Assembly (NCBI GenBank): GCA_021825655.1
Contig: JAKAGU010000001.1
Span: 50,358-114,357, forward strand
Direction: 5' to 3'
Origin: a bacterium
GTDB lineage: Bacteria; Patescibacteriota; Doudnabacteria; UBA920
Length of the DNA: 64,000 nt
Shown: piece after piece, positions 55,227-64,000 of the stretch
Layout of the letters: each line of letters starts with the position of its first letter
How positions within the stretch are numbered: the first letter of the stretch is position 1
Program-made: the position numbers and the translations under genes
The notes under the pieces: generated by a model
The model's input: only the letters and a program-made list of their open reading frames with translations
The model's database searches: none
What the model was told of the DNA's origin: nothing

Positions 55227-56282
55227 ATGGCCAAAAATACCAAAGCCCCTGCTGAAACGGGCAAATGGAAAGCGGTTGAGTCAGCGCTTGACCAGATAAA
55301 AGACAAGTTTGGCGACGGGAGCATTATGAAGCTCTCGGACACCAAAACCTTGGACATTGAAACCACGCCGTCCGGCAGCATTTCTTTGGATATCGCCTTG
55401 GGCGCGGGCGGCATACCCAAAGGCCGGGTAATTGAAATTTATGGTCCTGAGAGTTCAGGTAAAACCACTTTAACTTTGCATATGATTGCGGAGGTGCAGA
55501 AAAAAGGCGGCCTGGCGGCTTTTATTGATGCCGAGCACGCGCTTGATCCGGAATACGCAAGACGCATCGGCGTCCGCTTGGAAGACTTGTTGATTTCACA
55601 GCCGGACAACGGCGAGCAGGCTTTGGATATTTGCGAAACTCTGGTGAGGAGCAACGGGTTGGACCTAATTGTCATTGACTCTGTGGCCGCGCTGACTCCG
55701 CGCAACGAAATTGAAGGCGAGATGGGTGATTCGCACATGGGCTTGCAGGCCCGGCTAATGAGCCAGGCTCTAAGGAAGCTGACCGCCATAATTTCCAAAA
55801 CCCATACCACCGTGATTTTTATCAACCAGATTCGCATGAAAATCGGCGTGATGTTCGGCAACCCGGAAACCACCACGGGCGGCAATGCTTTGAAATTTTA
55901 CGCTTCGGTCAGAATCGAGGTTAGGCGGATTGCCCAGATTAAAGCCGCGGAGAAAATTATCGGCAACCGGGTGAAAGTGAAGATTGTAAAAAATAAGATT
56001 GCCCCGCCTTTCAAAACCGCTGAATTTGATATTATGTATAACGAAGGTATCAGTGCGGCCGGCGACCTGCTGGATACGGGGGTGGCCCTGGGGGTGATTG
56101 AGAAGTCCGGCAACACCCACCTATTCGGTGAAGTTAAGCTGGGGGTGGGCCGGGAAAACGCCAAAAATTTTTTGAAAGACAATCCGAAAGTTTTTAAAGA
56201 CGTGGACAAAGCCGTGCGCGATAAAGTCAAAAGCGGGGAGGCGGTGCCAAGCAAACCGGAAGCCGCTGACGAGTCCGAATAA
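55227..56282 (+). CDS. recA: Recombinase RecA
   Basis: [38 protein letters not shown]. Confidence 0.99.
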   Translation: MAKNTKAPAETGKWKAVESALDQIKDKFGDGSIMKLSDTKTLDIETTPSGSISLDIALGAGGIPKGRVIEIYGPESSGKTTLTLHMIAEVQKKGGLAAFIDAEHALDPEYARRIGVRLEDLLISQPDNGEQALDICETLVRSNGLDLIVIDSVAALTPRNEIEGEMGDSHMGLQARLMSQALRKLTAIISKTHTTVIFINQIRMKIGVMFGNPETTTGGNALKFYASVRIEVRRIAQIKAAEKIIGNRVKVKIVKNKIAPPFKTAEFDIMYNEGISAAGDLLDTGVALGVIEKSGNTHLFGEVKLGVGRENAKNFLKDNPKVFKDVDKAVRDKVKSGEAVPSKPEAADESE

Positions 56283-56289
56283 GATTTTG

Positions 56290-56319
56290 GCCCCTGCGGC
56301 TTGCCGCAGGGGCTTTTTT
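56290..56319 (+). terminator. recA terminator
   Basis: GCCCCTGCGGC-tt-GCCGCAGGGGC-TTTTTT. Confidence 0.88.
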
Positions 56320-56349
56320 ATTTGAAAGTTAAATGATAAAATGCAAGCT

Positions 56350-58797
56350 ATGGGCACTGACAGACAAAGAAAATTAGCCAAAACTGGTTTTGTAAAGACT
56401 ATGAAAAAGCCTGGTATAAAAAAAATTGTTGAACCAGAAAACGAGGATGACGGCGCGCCGGTTTATTGCAGTCTGGATATTGAAACTACCGGTTTTGATC
56501 CGCTGACTGAAGAGATTTTGGAAGTCGGGTTCGTTTTCTTTAAAGCAACATCCGAGGGCCTGAAGCCGTTTCAGGAGTGGACTCAGGTTTTTTGCCCCAG
56601 CAAGCCGGTCAGTCCGAAAATTCTTGGCTTGACCGGGATTACTCCCAAAGAGCTGGCGGCCGCCCCGCAGTTTAAGGAGTTTAAAGATTTTTTGCAGGAA
56701 AAACTTGGCAATGCGGTGATTGTCGGCCACAACATAGCGTTCGATATTAAATTTTTGGAAAATTTCGGGATTAAGTTTTCTGGGGGCCAGCTGGATACTT
56801 TAGAGCTGGTGCAGTGGCTGCTGCCTTCCCACCATTCGTACAACCTGGAAAACTTGATGCACTTTTTTAAAATCCCTCATGAAGAGGCTCACCGGGCATT
56901 GGCTGACGCCAAAGCCGCGTTGCTGGTTTTGGAAAAACTTCTAGGACTTTATGCCGGGCTGCCCAGCCAAACCAGCGCCAGAATTTTAGAAATTGTCAAA
57001 CCTTTTCATTTTTCCTGGGCGCGGCTGCTTCCGGCTGCGGCCAATTTTAAGCCAAAGGCAGCGGCTTTGGGCAAAAAAAAAGCCCCGGAACGCAAAAAAC
57101 CAGCGAAGGCTGCCGGGGAATTCGAAGCTTTTAAACTTGCTCCGGGGATTTTGTATGACTTTCCTCTGTTTTCGCAGTATGCCGGTTGTTTGCTGGAAAA
57201 ACTAAAAGCCGCAAAACGCAAGAGTTTGCTGGTTGTGCCAAAGAAACAGCAAGTGATGGACATTTGGCGCTCCGGCCAGGCCCAAAGCGTATTTTTACCT
57301 GCTGAAAGTTTTGACCCCGCGCGTTTTGAAGCCATGCTGAATAAGGGCCAGCACACGCCGGAAGAAGCTAAGTTCTTGCTCAAGCTTTTGGTCTGGCAGG
57401 CTACGAATTGGCAACAACAGGGCTTGGGCGATTTAAACCTCACTTTTTTTGGAGGCCAGTTCAAATCCGCCGTTGCCCGGAGCGAGTTTTTGTTGGACGA
57501 AACAGCCAAGGTTTGGGTATGCGACACCCACACTTTTTTATCGCTGAGCCGCAATGGCGGGGCGCTGGCCGAACGCCTGGTCACGGTCATAGGCTTGCCT
57601 GAACTGGAAAACGCTTTAAGCCTGGGAATTAGCCACCGGGTTTCGTGGAGTTTTATCACCTATCTGCTAAAGTCCTATTACAATCCGGAAACTCAGACAG
57701 GCAGCCTAAGCTATGAAGCTACGGTGCAGAACGCCATTAATGAGGCCGATTTATTTTTTGGCTTGGCTAACGCTCTTTTAAAACAGAATCCCGCGGGGTT
57801 TGAATATTTTAAGGTTTTACCCGGCACGGAGCAGGCGGATAATTTTCAAAAGGTGAAACAAGCAGCCGCAAATTACGCTTTGAAATTATTGGAAACAGCG
57901 CAAAGCCTTGAAGCCGAAGCCTTGGCGGACACGGCGCGCAATTTGCAGGCATTTTTTGAAAACGTGCCCAATAGAGTAAAGTGGGTTGAATTGGCAGAGG
58001 GCCGTTGCATTTTTTATGACAATCCGGTGAATTTGAAAGAGCCTATGGAACGGGTAACGGCGGCCTGCGGCCAGTTGTGCTTTGCCGACAGCCTGTCCCA
58101 GCCCAAGGTGGTGGAGCTGTTTTTGTCCCGCTTGGGCCTGGATACTTTAAAAGTTAAAGGGGTACAGGCTGCTGCCCAGACCAGGCGTTTGCTCCAAGGT
58201 GATCTGTTTTCAGGCTGGCTGGGCCGGATAAAAGCCGAATGCCAGCTGCAGGCCAGCGGGCTTTTAGATTCTGAACTTAAGGCCTACCTGCAGCCCAGCA
58301 GCTTGCCTGCTGCGGTCCTGTTTGCCGGTCCCTTACAGGTTAAGGAATTTTATGAGAAGAACTACGAAGATCTCCAGGCGTATGCCAATGTCTTGAGCCA
58401 AAACCATTCCGGAGGCAGTAACAAGCTTTTTAGGAACTTTGAAATTTATCCGGAAAGCATCTTGCTGGCCACAGACAAGCTGATTTTGAAATATTTGACC
58501 GAGTCCGCGGGCAGCGCCTTAGATTTTTTGTCTGTAAAAACTCTGATTTTGGGCCACCTGCCTTTTGAACAGTACACGCACCCCTATTTGGAAGCGGTAG
58601 CAGGCACCTATGAACGGCCGTTTGAACAGTTCAGTCTGCCTCGGGCTGTATACAATTTAATCAGAATTTTACGCTTTTTCTATACTAACAAGCTAAAACA
58701 CGTGGTAATAGCCGACCCTAAGCTTTCTAAGGAATATGCCAGTGCCTTTGTTGCTTTGGTCCAAAAAATCCCGGGTTTTCGGGTTAAAGTGGGTTAA
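56350..58797 (+). CDS. DEDDh 3'-5' exonuclease fused to a degenerate DinG-like helicase; start uncertain (56350 or 56401)
   Basis: SLDIETTG, GHNIAFD, HRALADA; C-terminal LPFEQ..HP, F..FSLPRA, IADPKL; no Walker A or DEAH. Confidence 0.8.
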   Translation: MGTDRQRKLAKTGFVKTMKKPGIKKIVEPENEDDGAPVYCSLDIETTGFDPLTEEILEVGFVFFKATSEGLKPFQEWTQVFCPSKPVSPKILGLTGITPKELAAAPQFKEFKDFLQEKLGNAVIVGHNIAFDIKFLENFGIKFSGGQLDTLELVQWLLPSHHSYNLENLMHFFKIPHEEAHRALADAKAALLVLEKLLGLYAGLPSQTSARILEIVKPFHFSWARLLPAAANFKPKAAALGKKKAPERKKPAKAAGEFEAFKLAPGILYDFPLFSQYAGCLLEKLKAAKRKSLLVVPKKQQVMDIWRSGQAQSVFLPAESFDPARFEAMLNKGQHTPEEAKFLLKLLVWQATNWQQQGLGDLNLTFFGGQFKSAVARSEFLLDETAKVWVCDTHTFLSLSRNGGALAERLVTVIGLPELENALSLGISHRVSWSFITYLLKSYYNPETQTGSLSYEATVQNAINEADLFFGLANALLKQNPAGFEYFKVLPGTEQADNFQKVKQAAANYALKLLETAQSLEAEALADTARNLQAFFENVPNRVKWVELAEGRCIFYDNPVNLKEPMERVTAACGQLCFADSLSQPKVVELFLSRLGLDTLKVKGVQAAAQTRRLLQGDLFSGWLGRIKAECQLQASGLLDSELKAYLQPSSLPAAVLFAGPLQVKEFYEKNYEDLQAYANVLSQNHSGGSNKLFRNFEIYPESILLATDKLILKYLTESAGSALDFLSVKTLILGHLPFEQYTHPYLEAVAGTYERPFEQFSLPRAVYNLIRILRFFYTNKLKHVVIADPKLSKEYASAFVALVQKIPGFRVKVG

Positions 58798-58806
58798 TTC
58801 AACAGG

Positions 58807-58971
58807 TTATCCACAAGTTATAAAAAAGCATTATAATAGCTTAAATCAGCATATTTAATCAAGAAAATTTGAATTTTTCTTATAAATAAGCCATTTATTT
58901 TTAGCATCAGAGCATATTCTTGACACGCCGTAAATACCCTGATATGATGAATATACTGAAGTTGTGGATAA
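58807..58971 (+). promoter_or_regulatory. Consensus sigma70 promoter flanked by two perfect DnaA boxes
   Basis: TTATCCACA 58807-58815; TTGACA(58920-58925)-17-TATGAT(58943-58948) with TG extension; TGTGGATAA 58963-58971. Confidence 0.75.
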
Positions 58972-59392
58972 AGAGCACTTTAAAAACTCAATAACTGGAC
59001 TGAGGAAAATAGCCTTAAATTGTTGAGATTGAAGGTTGCTTTCCTCTTAACTCCTCGTCATAGCCTGTCCAATCCAGGCTGATTGCAAAACAAAAACAAA
59101 AAAATGAAGTTGCCTCTCATCCCCATGAAGGCAAAAGGCTGTTTCAAAATAAAACATGCCCCAAAAATTGTTAGGTCTTCGGACCCCAAGAGGAGTTTTG
59201 AGTGCAGTTTTAAAGCAGATTGGGCATAAAACGCTTCTCTTTGGCTGTTATGCCAAAGAAGGCCTGAATCGCCAGAGTGTTGGCTTCTGCGTAACTAGTT
59301 TACGCGGATACCATCCGAGTGATTTGGGTTACAAGCGCCCAAGGACGGCTGACATATTATTTTAATTTGCAGCGCCCGTCGGGGCGCTTTTT
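58955..59392 (+). ncRNA. Candidate large structured ncRNA (about 435 nt), family unknown
   Basis: Promoter-to-terminator unit with at least seven hairpins, a cUUCGg tetraloop and long-range pairings; no convincing ORF. Confidence 0.6.
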
Positions 59393-59461
59393 CATTTGTA
59401 TTGGAATTTCGGGTGGGTTATAATATCGGCACAGCCTAAAAAATTTAAAAAGACTCTATAT

Positions 59462-59767
59462 ATGTTATCGCAAACATTTGTTGAAGAAATGAAGCAGAAG
59501 CTGCTTGACGCCAAGGCCAAGTTTGAGCAGGACCTGGCCGGGCTTTCGCCGCACACCGAGCTCGGCAACGGCATGGACGAAAGCGCTGAAGAGCTGGAAA
59601 TAGACGAGGTTAACCAGGATATGATTGTGCGCCTCAATGCGGATCTGGCAAAAATTGCCAAAGCCCTGGAGAAAATTGAAAAGGGCACCTACGGTACGGA
59701 TGACGCGGGCCAGGAAATTACCGAAGCCCGGCTGAAAGCTTTACCCTGGGCTGACAAGGCAATGTAA
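59462..59767 (+). CDS. TraR/DksA-family protein without zinc-finger cysteines
   Basis: ALEKIEKGTYG....G.EI...RLKALPWA; no Cys. Confidence 0.85.
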   Translation: MLSQTFVEEMKQKLLDAKAKFEQDLAGLSPHTELGNGMDESAEELEIDEVNQDMIVRLNADLAKIAKALEKIEKGTYGTDDAGQEITEARLKALPWADKAM

Positions 59768-59789
59768 AGGGCGCAAACCAGCAAGTTTT

Positions 59790-60209
59790 ATGATAAAAGA
59801 CTCGATATCCAAATTATGGCAAGGGTGGGCTTGGGTTCCGGTCTTTTTTTTATTGGTGGCCGCCGACCAGTACACCAAATTCTTTGCCCGCAACATTTTT
59901 TTAAACAACCGCTTTGCCTTTAGCCTACCGGTTCCCGTTTGGGCCATGTATGGAATTTATGCCGCTGTGCTGTGCAGCAGCATGGCGTATTTTTTAAAGC
60001 GCCGTGAAAGTATGGGCTTGTGGCCGCGCCTGGCTTGGGTGCTAATCTGGGCCGGGGCTGTGTCAAACGTAGGCGAACGCCTGGTGCTGGGCTACGTTCG
60101 GGATTGGTTCTATATTCTAAACGGCGTGTTCAATCTGGCCGACGGTTTTATCATATTGGGTATACTTATATTATTGCTTCGGCATAATCCAGCCGATAAT
60201 AACGCGTAG
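59790..60209 (+). CDS. lspA: Lipoprotein signal peptidase II
   Basis: ADQYTK, GAVSN..ERL..GYVRD, VFNLAD. Confidence 0.88.
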   Translation: MIKDSISKLWQGWAWVPVFFLLVAADQYTKFFARNIFLNNRFAFSLPVPVWAMYGIYAAVLCSSMAYFLKRRESMGLWPRLAWVLIWAGAVSNVGERLVLGYVRDWFYILNGVFNLADGFIILGILILLLRHNPADNNA

Positions 60210-60223
60210 GTATTTTTAAATTT

Positions 60224-61729
60224 ATGATTGCCAAGGTTTATTCCGCTGCGGTCATTGGCCTGGATGCAGCGCGGGTAGAAGTGGAGGCCGATGTGTCCAA
60301 CGGCCTGCCAACAACTATAGTGGTGGGGCTGCCTGATGCGGCAGTGCAGGAATCCCGCGAGCGGGTGAAAGCCGCAATCAAAAATTCCGGGCTAAACTAT
60401 CCGCCCACGCGCGTGTCTGTGAACCTCGCGCCGGCCGACGTGCCGAAACTGGGTACGGTTTTCGACCTGCCCATTGCCCTAGCCGTGCTCTTGGCTTCCG
60501 AACAAGTGGCTTTTTCGCCTGAACACCGAATGTTTTTAGGCGAACTTTCCTTGGACGACCGCCTCCGCAGCGTGCCCGGCGTTTTGGCTGTGGCTTTAGC
60601 CGCCCGGGCCAGAGGAGATGTGGAAATTTTTGTACCGGCGGAAAATGCCGCAGAAGCGGCCCTGGTGGCGGGGCTCAAAGTTTTTGCCGCGCCCAGCCTG
60701 AAGGTTTTGCTGGAACATCTTTTGGGCGTTAGGCTAATTGTGCCGGAGCCGGAAATCCAAGCAGATAAGATTTTTAAAAATAGCCAGCCCATTTTGGACA
60801 TGAAAGATATTGCCGGACAGGAAATGGCCAAGCGGGCTTTGGAAATTGCAGCTGCGGGCGGCCATAATGTGCTGGTCAGCGGTCCGCCCGGCAGCGGCAA
60901 AACCCTATTGGCCCGAGCCATGACGGGCATTTTGCCCGATTTGTCCATGGAAGAAGCTTTGGAGCTCACAAAAATTTACAGTATTTCCGGAAAACTTGCC
61001 GGCAGTTTTGTGACCAGCCGGCCCGTGCGCAGCCCGCACCATACAACCTCGAATGTGGCCTTGGTCGGCGGCGGCGCTTTTCCCCGCCCGGGCGAGATTA
61101 CCTTGTCCCACCGGGGTATTTTATTTTTGGACGAATTTCCCGAATTTCCCCGCAACGTGCTGGAAGCCTTGCGCCAGCCTTTGGAGGACGGCGTGGTAAC
61201 GGTTTCCCGCGCTTCCGGCAGCCTGACTTTCCCCGCCAAATTTACTTTGGTGGCGGCCCAGAACCCTTGTCCCTGCGGCTATTATGGCGACAGTCAAAAG
61301 CGCTGTCAGTGCACGCCCGCGCAAATTTTTAAATACCAGAAGAAAATTTCCGGTCCGCTTTTGGACCGGATAGACTTGCACGTGGAGGTGCCGCGGCTGC
61401 CTTACGAAAAATTGGCCGCTGAAAACCGGGGAGAGGTATCGGCGGTGTTTAAGGCCCGGGTGGAGAAGGCGCGCGGCGTGCAGTCTGCCCGGTTTGGCCG
61501 CGCCAAAACCAATTCCGAAATGAGCCTGGTGGAATTGAGGCAATATTGCGCTTTGGCTGAACCCGAACAGGTACTGCTCAAGCAGGCCATGAAGCAGTTT
61601 GGGTTTTCGGGCCGCAGCCTTCACCGCATTTTGAAAGTGGCCCGCACTATTGCCGATCTTTCCAGCAGCGAAAGTATTGCCCTTGAGCACCTGGCCGAAG
61701 CCGTGCAGTATCGGCCAAAAACCGAGTGA
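60224..61729 (+). CDS. comM: YifB/ComM Mg-chelatase-like AAA+ ATPase
   Basis: VGLPDAAVQESRERV, GPPGSGKT, RSPHHT, LFLDEFPEF, NPCPCG. Confidence 0.95.
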   Translation: MIAKVYSAAVIGLDAARVEVEADVSNGLPTTIVVGLPDAAVQESRERVKAAIKNSGLNYPPTRVSVNLAPADVPKLGTVFDLPIALAVLLASEQVAFSPEHRMFLGELSLDDRLRSVPGVLAVALAARARGDVEIFVPAENAAEAALVAGLKVFAAPSLKVLLEHLLGVRLIVPEPEIQADKIFKNSQPILDMKDIAGQEMAKRALEIAAAGGHNVLVSGPPGSGKTLLARAMTGILPDLSMEEALELTKIYSISGKLAGSFVTSRPVRSPHHTTSNVALVGGGAFPRPGEITLSHRGILFLDEFPEFPRNVLEALRQPLEDGVVTVSRASGSLTFPAKFTLVAAQNPCPCGYYGDSQKRCQCTPAQIFKYQKKISGPLLDRIDLHVEVPRLPYEKLAAENRGEVSAVFKARVEKARGVQSARFGRAKTNSEMSLVELRQYCALAEPEQVLLKQAMKQFGFSGRSLHRILKVARTIADLSSSESIALEHLAEAVQYRPKTE

Positions 61730-61805
61730 TGGTGGCGGCGGGCACCTCGGTGTTGTATAATAAGGTTAAGTTTTGAAAATTGAATTACCCAAACAATTAC
61801 CCACT

Positions 61806-62681
61806 ATGGCGCAAAAGAAAGTTCGTAAAGCAATCATTCCCGCAGCAGGTTTTGGCACCCGGTTTTTGCCGGCAACGAAAGCCATGCCCAAAGAGATGCT
61901 GCCCATCGTCGACAAACCCATCATCCAGTACGTGGTGGAAGAGGCGGTTGCTGCAGGCATTGAAGATATTGTAATAGTGACCGGCTGGCATAAGCGCACT
62001 ATTGAAGACCATTTTGATTATCCGTTTGAACTGGAAAAACGCTTGGAGCAGGCCGGCAAGCACGAGCAGGCGGAAGAAGTCAGGAAGATTGCCGAGCTTG
62101 CGAATTTTATTTATATTCGCCAAAAGGGCACGTACGGCAATGGCACGCCCGTGCTTAACGCCCGCCAGGTTATCGGCGACGAGCCGTTTGCCGTGCTGTG
62201 GGGCGATGAATTTATTTACTCCAACCCTCCGCGGCTCAAACAGATGATGGACGCCTGGGAAAAGTACGGGGTCCCCAATATTTCCGCAGTCCGGGTTCCC
62301 GAGTCATCGGTGGATCGTTATGGCATTGCGGATATTTCAGACGTCGCACCCGGGGTGTTTAAAATCAACAAGATGGTGGAAAAACCGGCTATTGGCACGG
62401 CGCCTTCCAATTTGGCCGCGCATGGCGCCTATATTATGCCGCCGCGGATTTTTGACCTGCTGTCCGAAGCCAAACCGGGCAAGGGGGGAGAGATTTGGCT
62501 GCCCGAAGCCGTGGACAAGCTGGCTCAGGAACAGGATGTTTACGCGATTGAAATTCAAAACGGCCGCTACTATGACACGGGCAACAAGCTGGAATATTTG
62601 AAAGCCGTGGTGGAGTTCGGTCTCAAGCATGAAGATTTGCGCCAGGAATTTTCCGGGTATTTAAAAAATTTGAAAATATAA
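61806..62681 (+). CDS. galU: UTP--glucose-1-phosphate uridylyltransferase
   Basis: KAIIPAAGFGTRFLPATKAMPKEMLP, VEKP, YDTG. Confidence 0.95.
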   Translation: MAQKKVRKAIIPAAGFGTRFLPATKAMPKEMLPIVDKPIIQYVVEEAVAAGIEDIVIVTGWHKRTIEDHFDYPFELEKRLEQAGKHEQAEEVRKIAELANFIYIRQKGTYGNGTPVLNARQVIGDEPFAVLWGDEFIYSNPPRLKQMMDAWEKYGVPNISAVRVPESSVDRYGIADISDVAPGVFKINKMVEKPAIGTAPSNLAAHGAYIMPPRIFDLLSEAKPGKGGEIWLPEAVDKLAQEQDVYAIEIQNGRYYDTGNKLEYLKAVVEFGLKHEDLRQEFSGYLKNLKI

Positions 62682-62694
62682 AACCAAATCTTTT

Positions 62695-63999
62695 ATGAAA
62701 CAAAAACCTTTAGCCCGTTTTTATAAAATCGCCGCCGTAGTTATGTCCGTAGCCTTTCTGGCAGCGGGCTGCGGCTCAAAGAGCACCGGCAACACCGGGC
62801 CGATAACCATCAAAATTTGGAAGACGTTTGAAGACAGCGACAACCTGCAGGCGCTTTTTGACGAGTATCAGCAGAAGCACCCGAACGTGCAAATTGTTTA
62901 TACCAAGAAAAACGTCGACACTTATGAAGCCGATTTGGTGGACGCCCTGGCTTCCGGCAGCGGACCGGATATTTTTTCCATCCACAATGACTGGCTGCCC
63001 AGGTACTTGGACAAGATTTCGCCCGCGCCCGACGCCACTTTTTTGTACAAGGACTACAAGAACACCTTCGTAGATACGGTGGTGCAGGATTTCACCAAGG
63101 ACAATAAAATTTACGGCACAGCCATGGCTGTGGATTCTTTGGGCCTTTATTACAACAAGGACATTATGGGCAGCGCAGGTATTGCCGTGCCGCCAAAAAC
63201 TTGGGACGAGCTGGCCGCGCATGTCCAACGGCTTAAGAAGAGCGACGGCAAGGGGTATTTTACCCGCAGCGGCGTAGCCATGGGTACCAACAGCAATGTG
63301 AACCGGGCCGTGGATATTTTGTATTTGCTCATGCTGCAGAAACGGACCGTACCGTTTAATGCGGACGGTACTGAGCCCATGTTCAACCAGGACATCAGCG
63401 CTAACGGTAACCGGGTTTATCCCGGGCAGGCGGCTTTGGACTTTTATACTTCGTTTGCCAATCCGGTCAGTATGAATTACAACTGGAACGCCCGCAGCGA
63501 CTACTCCATTGATGCGTTTGCCAACGGCCGGGCTGCCTATCTCTACTCTTATTCCTATACCCGGCAGTCCTTGCTGCAAAAAAACCCTAACCTGAATTTT
63601 GATGTGGCGCCGGTGCCCCAGCCGGATTTGGACCAGCCCGCCGTCAACTTTTCCAACTACTGGGGCGAGGTGGTATCCAAGCAGAGCAAAAACCAGGCCG
63701 TGGCCTGGGATTTGCTTAAATTTTTGTCCAGCAAAAATTCCCTGGACAAGTACTATGCCAAAAACAAGCAGCCGTCTTCCCGGAAAGACATGATTGAGTT
63801 GCAGATTAACGATCCGGAAATTGGCGTGTTTGCCAATGCCAACTTGACGGCCAAGTCTTTTTATAAGCCCAGCCAGGTGAAGATTGATGATATTTTTGCC
63901 AAGGCTATCGACAATGTCATCCTAAACGGCGTGAGTATTAATGACGCCATGTCGCAAGCCGAACAGCAAGCCGCAGTGGTGGCCAGGAGCTACCAGTAG
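62695..63999 (+). CDS. Sugar-type ABC transporter substrate-binding lipoprotein
   Basis: Lipobox LAAGC, GPDIF, LYYNKD, PKTWDEL, AWDLLKFL. Confidence 0.88.
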   Translation: MKQKPLARFYKIAAVVMSVAFLAAGCGSKSTGNTGPITIKIWKTFEDSDNLQALFDEYQQKHPNVQIVYTKKNVDTYEADLVDALASGSGPDIFSIHNDWLPRYLDKISPAPDATFLYKDYKNTFVDTVVQDFTKDNKIYGTAMAVDSLGLYYNKDIMGSAGIAVPPKTWDELAAHVQRLKKSDGKGYFTRSGVAMGTNSNVNRAVDILYLLMLQKRTVPFNADGTEPMFNQDISANGNRVYPGQAALDFYTSFANPVSMNYNWNARSDYSIDAFANGRAAYLYSYSYTRQSLLQKNPNLNFDVAPVPQPDLDQPAVNFSNYWGEVVSKQSKNQAVAWDLLKFLSSKNSLDKYYAKNKQPSSRKDMIELQINDPEIGVFANANLTAKSFYKPSQVKIDDIFAKAIDNVILNGVSINDAMSQAEQQAAVVARSYQ

Positions 64000-64000
64000 C

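Noticed and set aside
58955-59392. RNase P RNA, SRP RNA, 6S RNA, or the 69-aa ORF 59156-59365
   Set aside because: GAGGAAAAT is not followed by the GAGGAAAGUCC P4 signature; no SRP GGAA domain; not a single rod. The ORF crosses many hairpins and has no protein-like features.

Overview
Replication-origin region of a small-genome bacterium. The gene set and sparse Shine-Dalgarno sites suggest Patescibacteria/CPR (possibly Doudnabacteria-like); this is inference. It holds dciA-recF-dnaN-dnaA / rpmH-rnpA-yidD-yidC-jag with a recognisable oriC, housekeeping genes (tyrS, ruvC, gyrA, rpsA, infB, murA/murF/ddl, ftsK, recA, comM, galU), 12 tRNA genes and small accessory blocks (a GC-rich pyrF-pyrE pair; a GIY-YIG/SDR/aspA block after tRNA-Ser). 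I saw no CRISPR, rRNA, IS element or prophage. The most unusual signals are non-coding. (1) A rare tRNA-Ile(UAU) is nested inside a second, 203-nt tRNA-shaped RNA that has its own acceptor stem, T-arm, CCA end and an exact duplicate of the anticodon arm. (2) Two promoter-to-terminator structured RNAs (about 220 nt and 435 nt) match no family I recognise. (3) parS-like palindromes cluster inside an O-antigen-ligase gene. (4) Three long structured leaders/RNAs share a boxA-like 11-mer. (5) A perfect 22-bp palindrome precedes an XRE-MurA fusion. All structures were paired by eye; no database searches were run.
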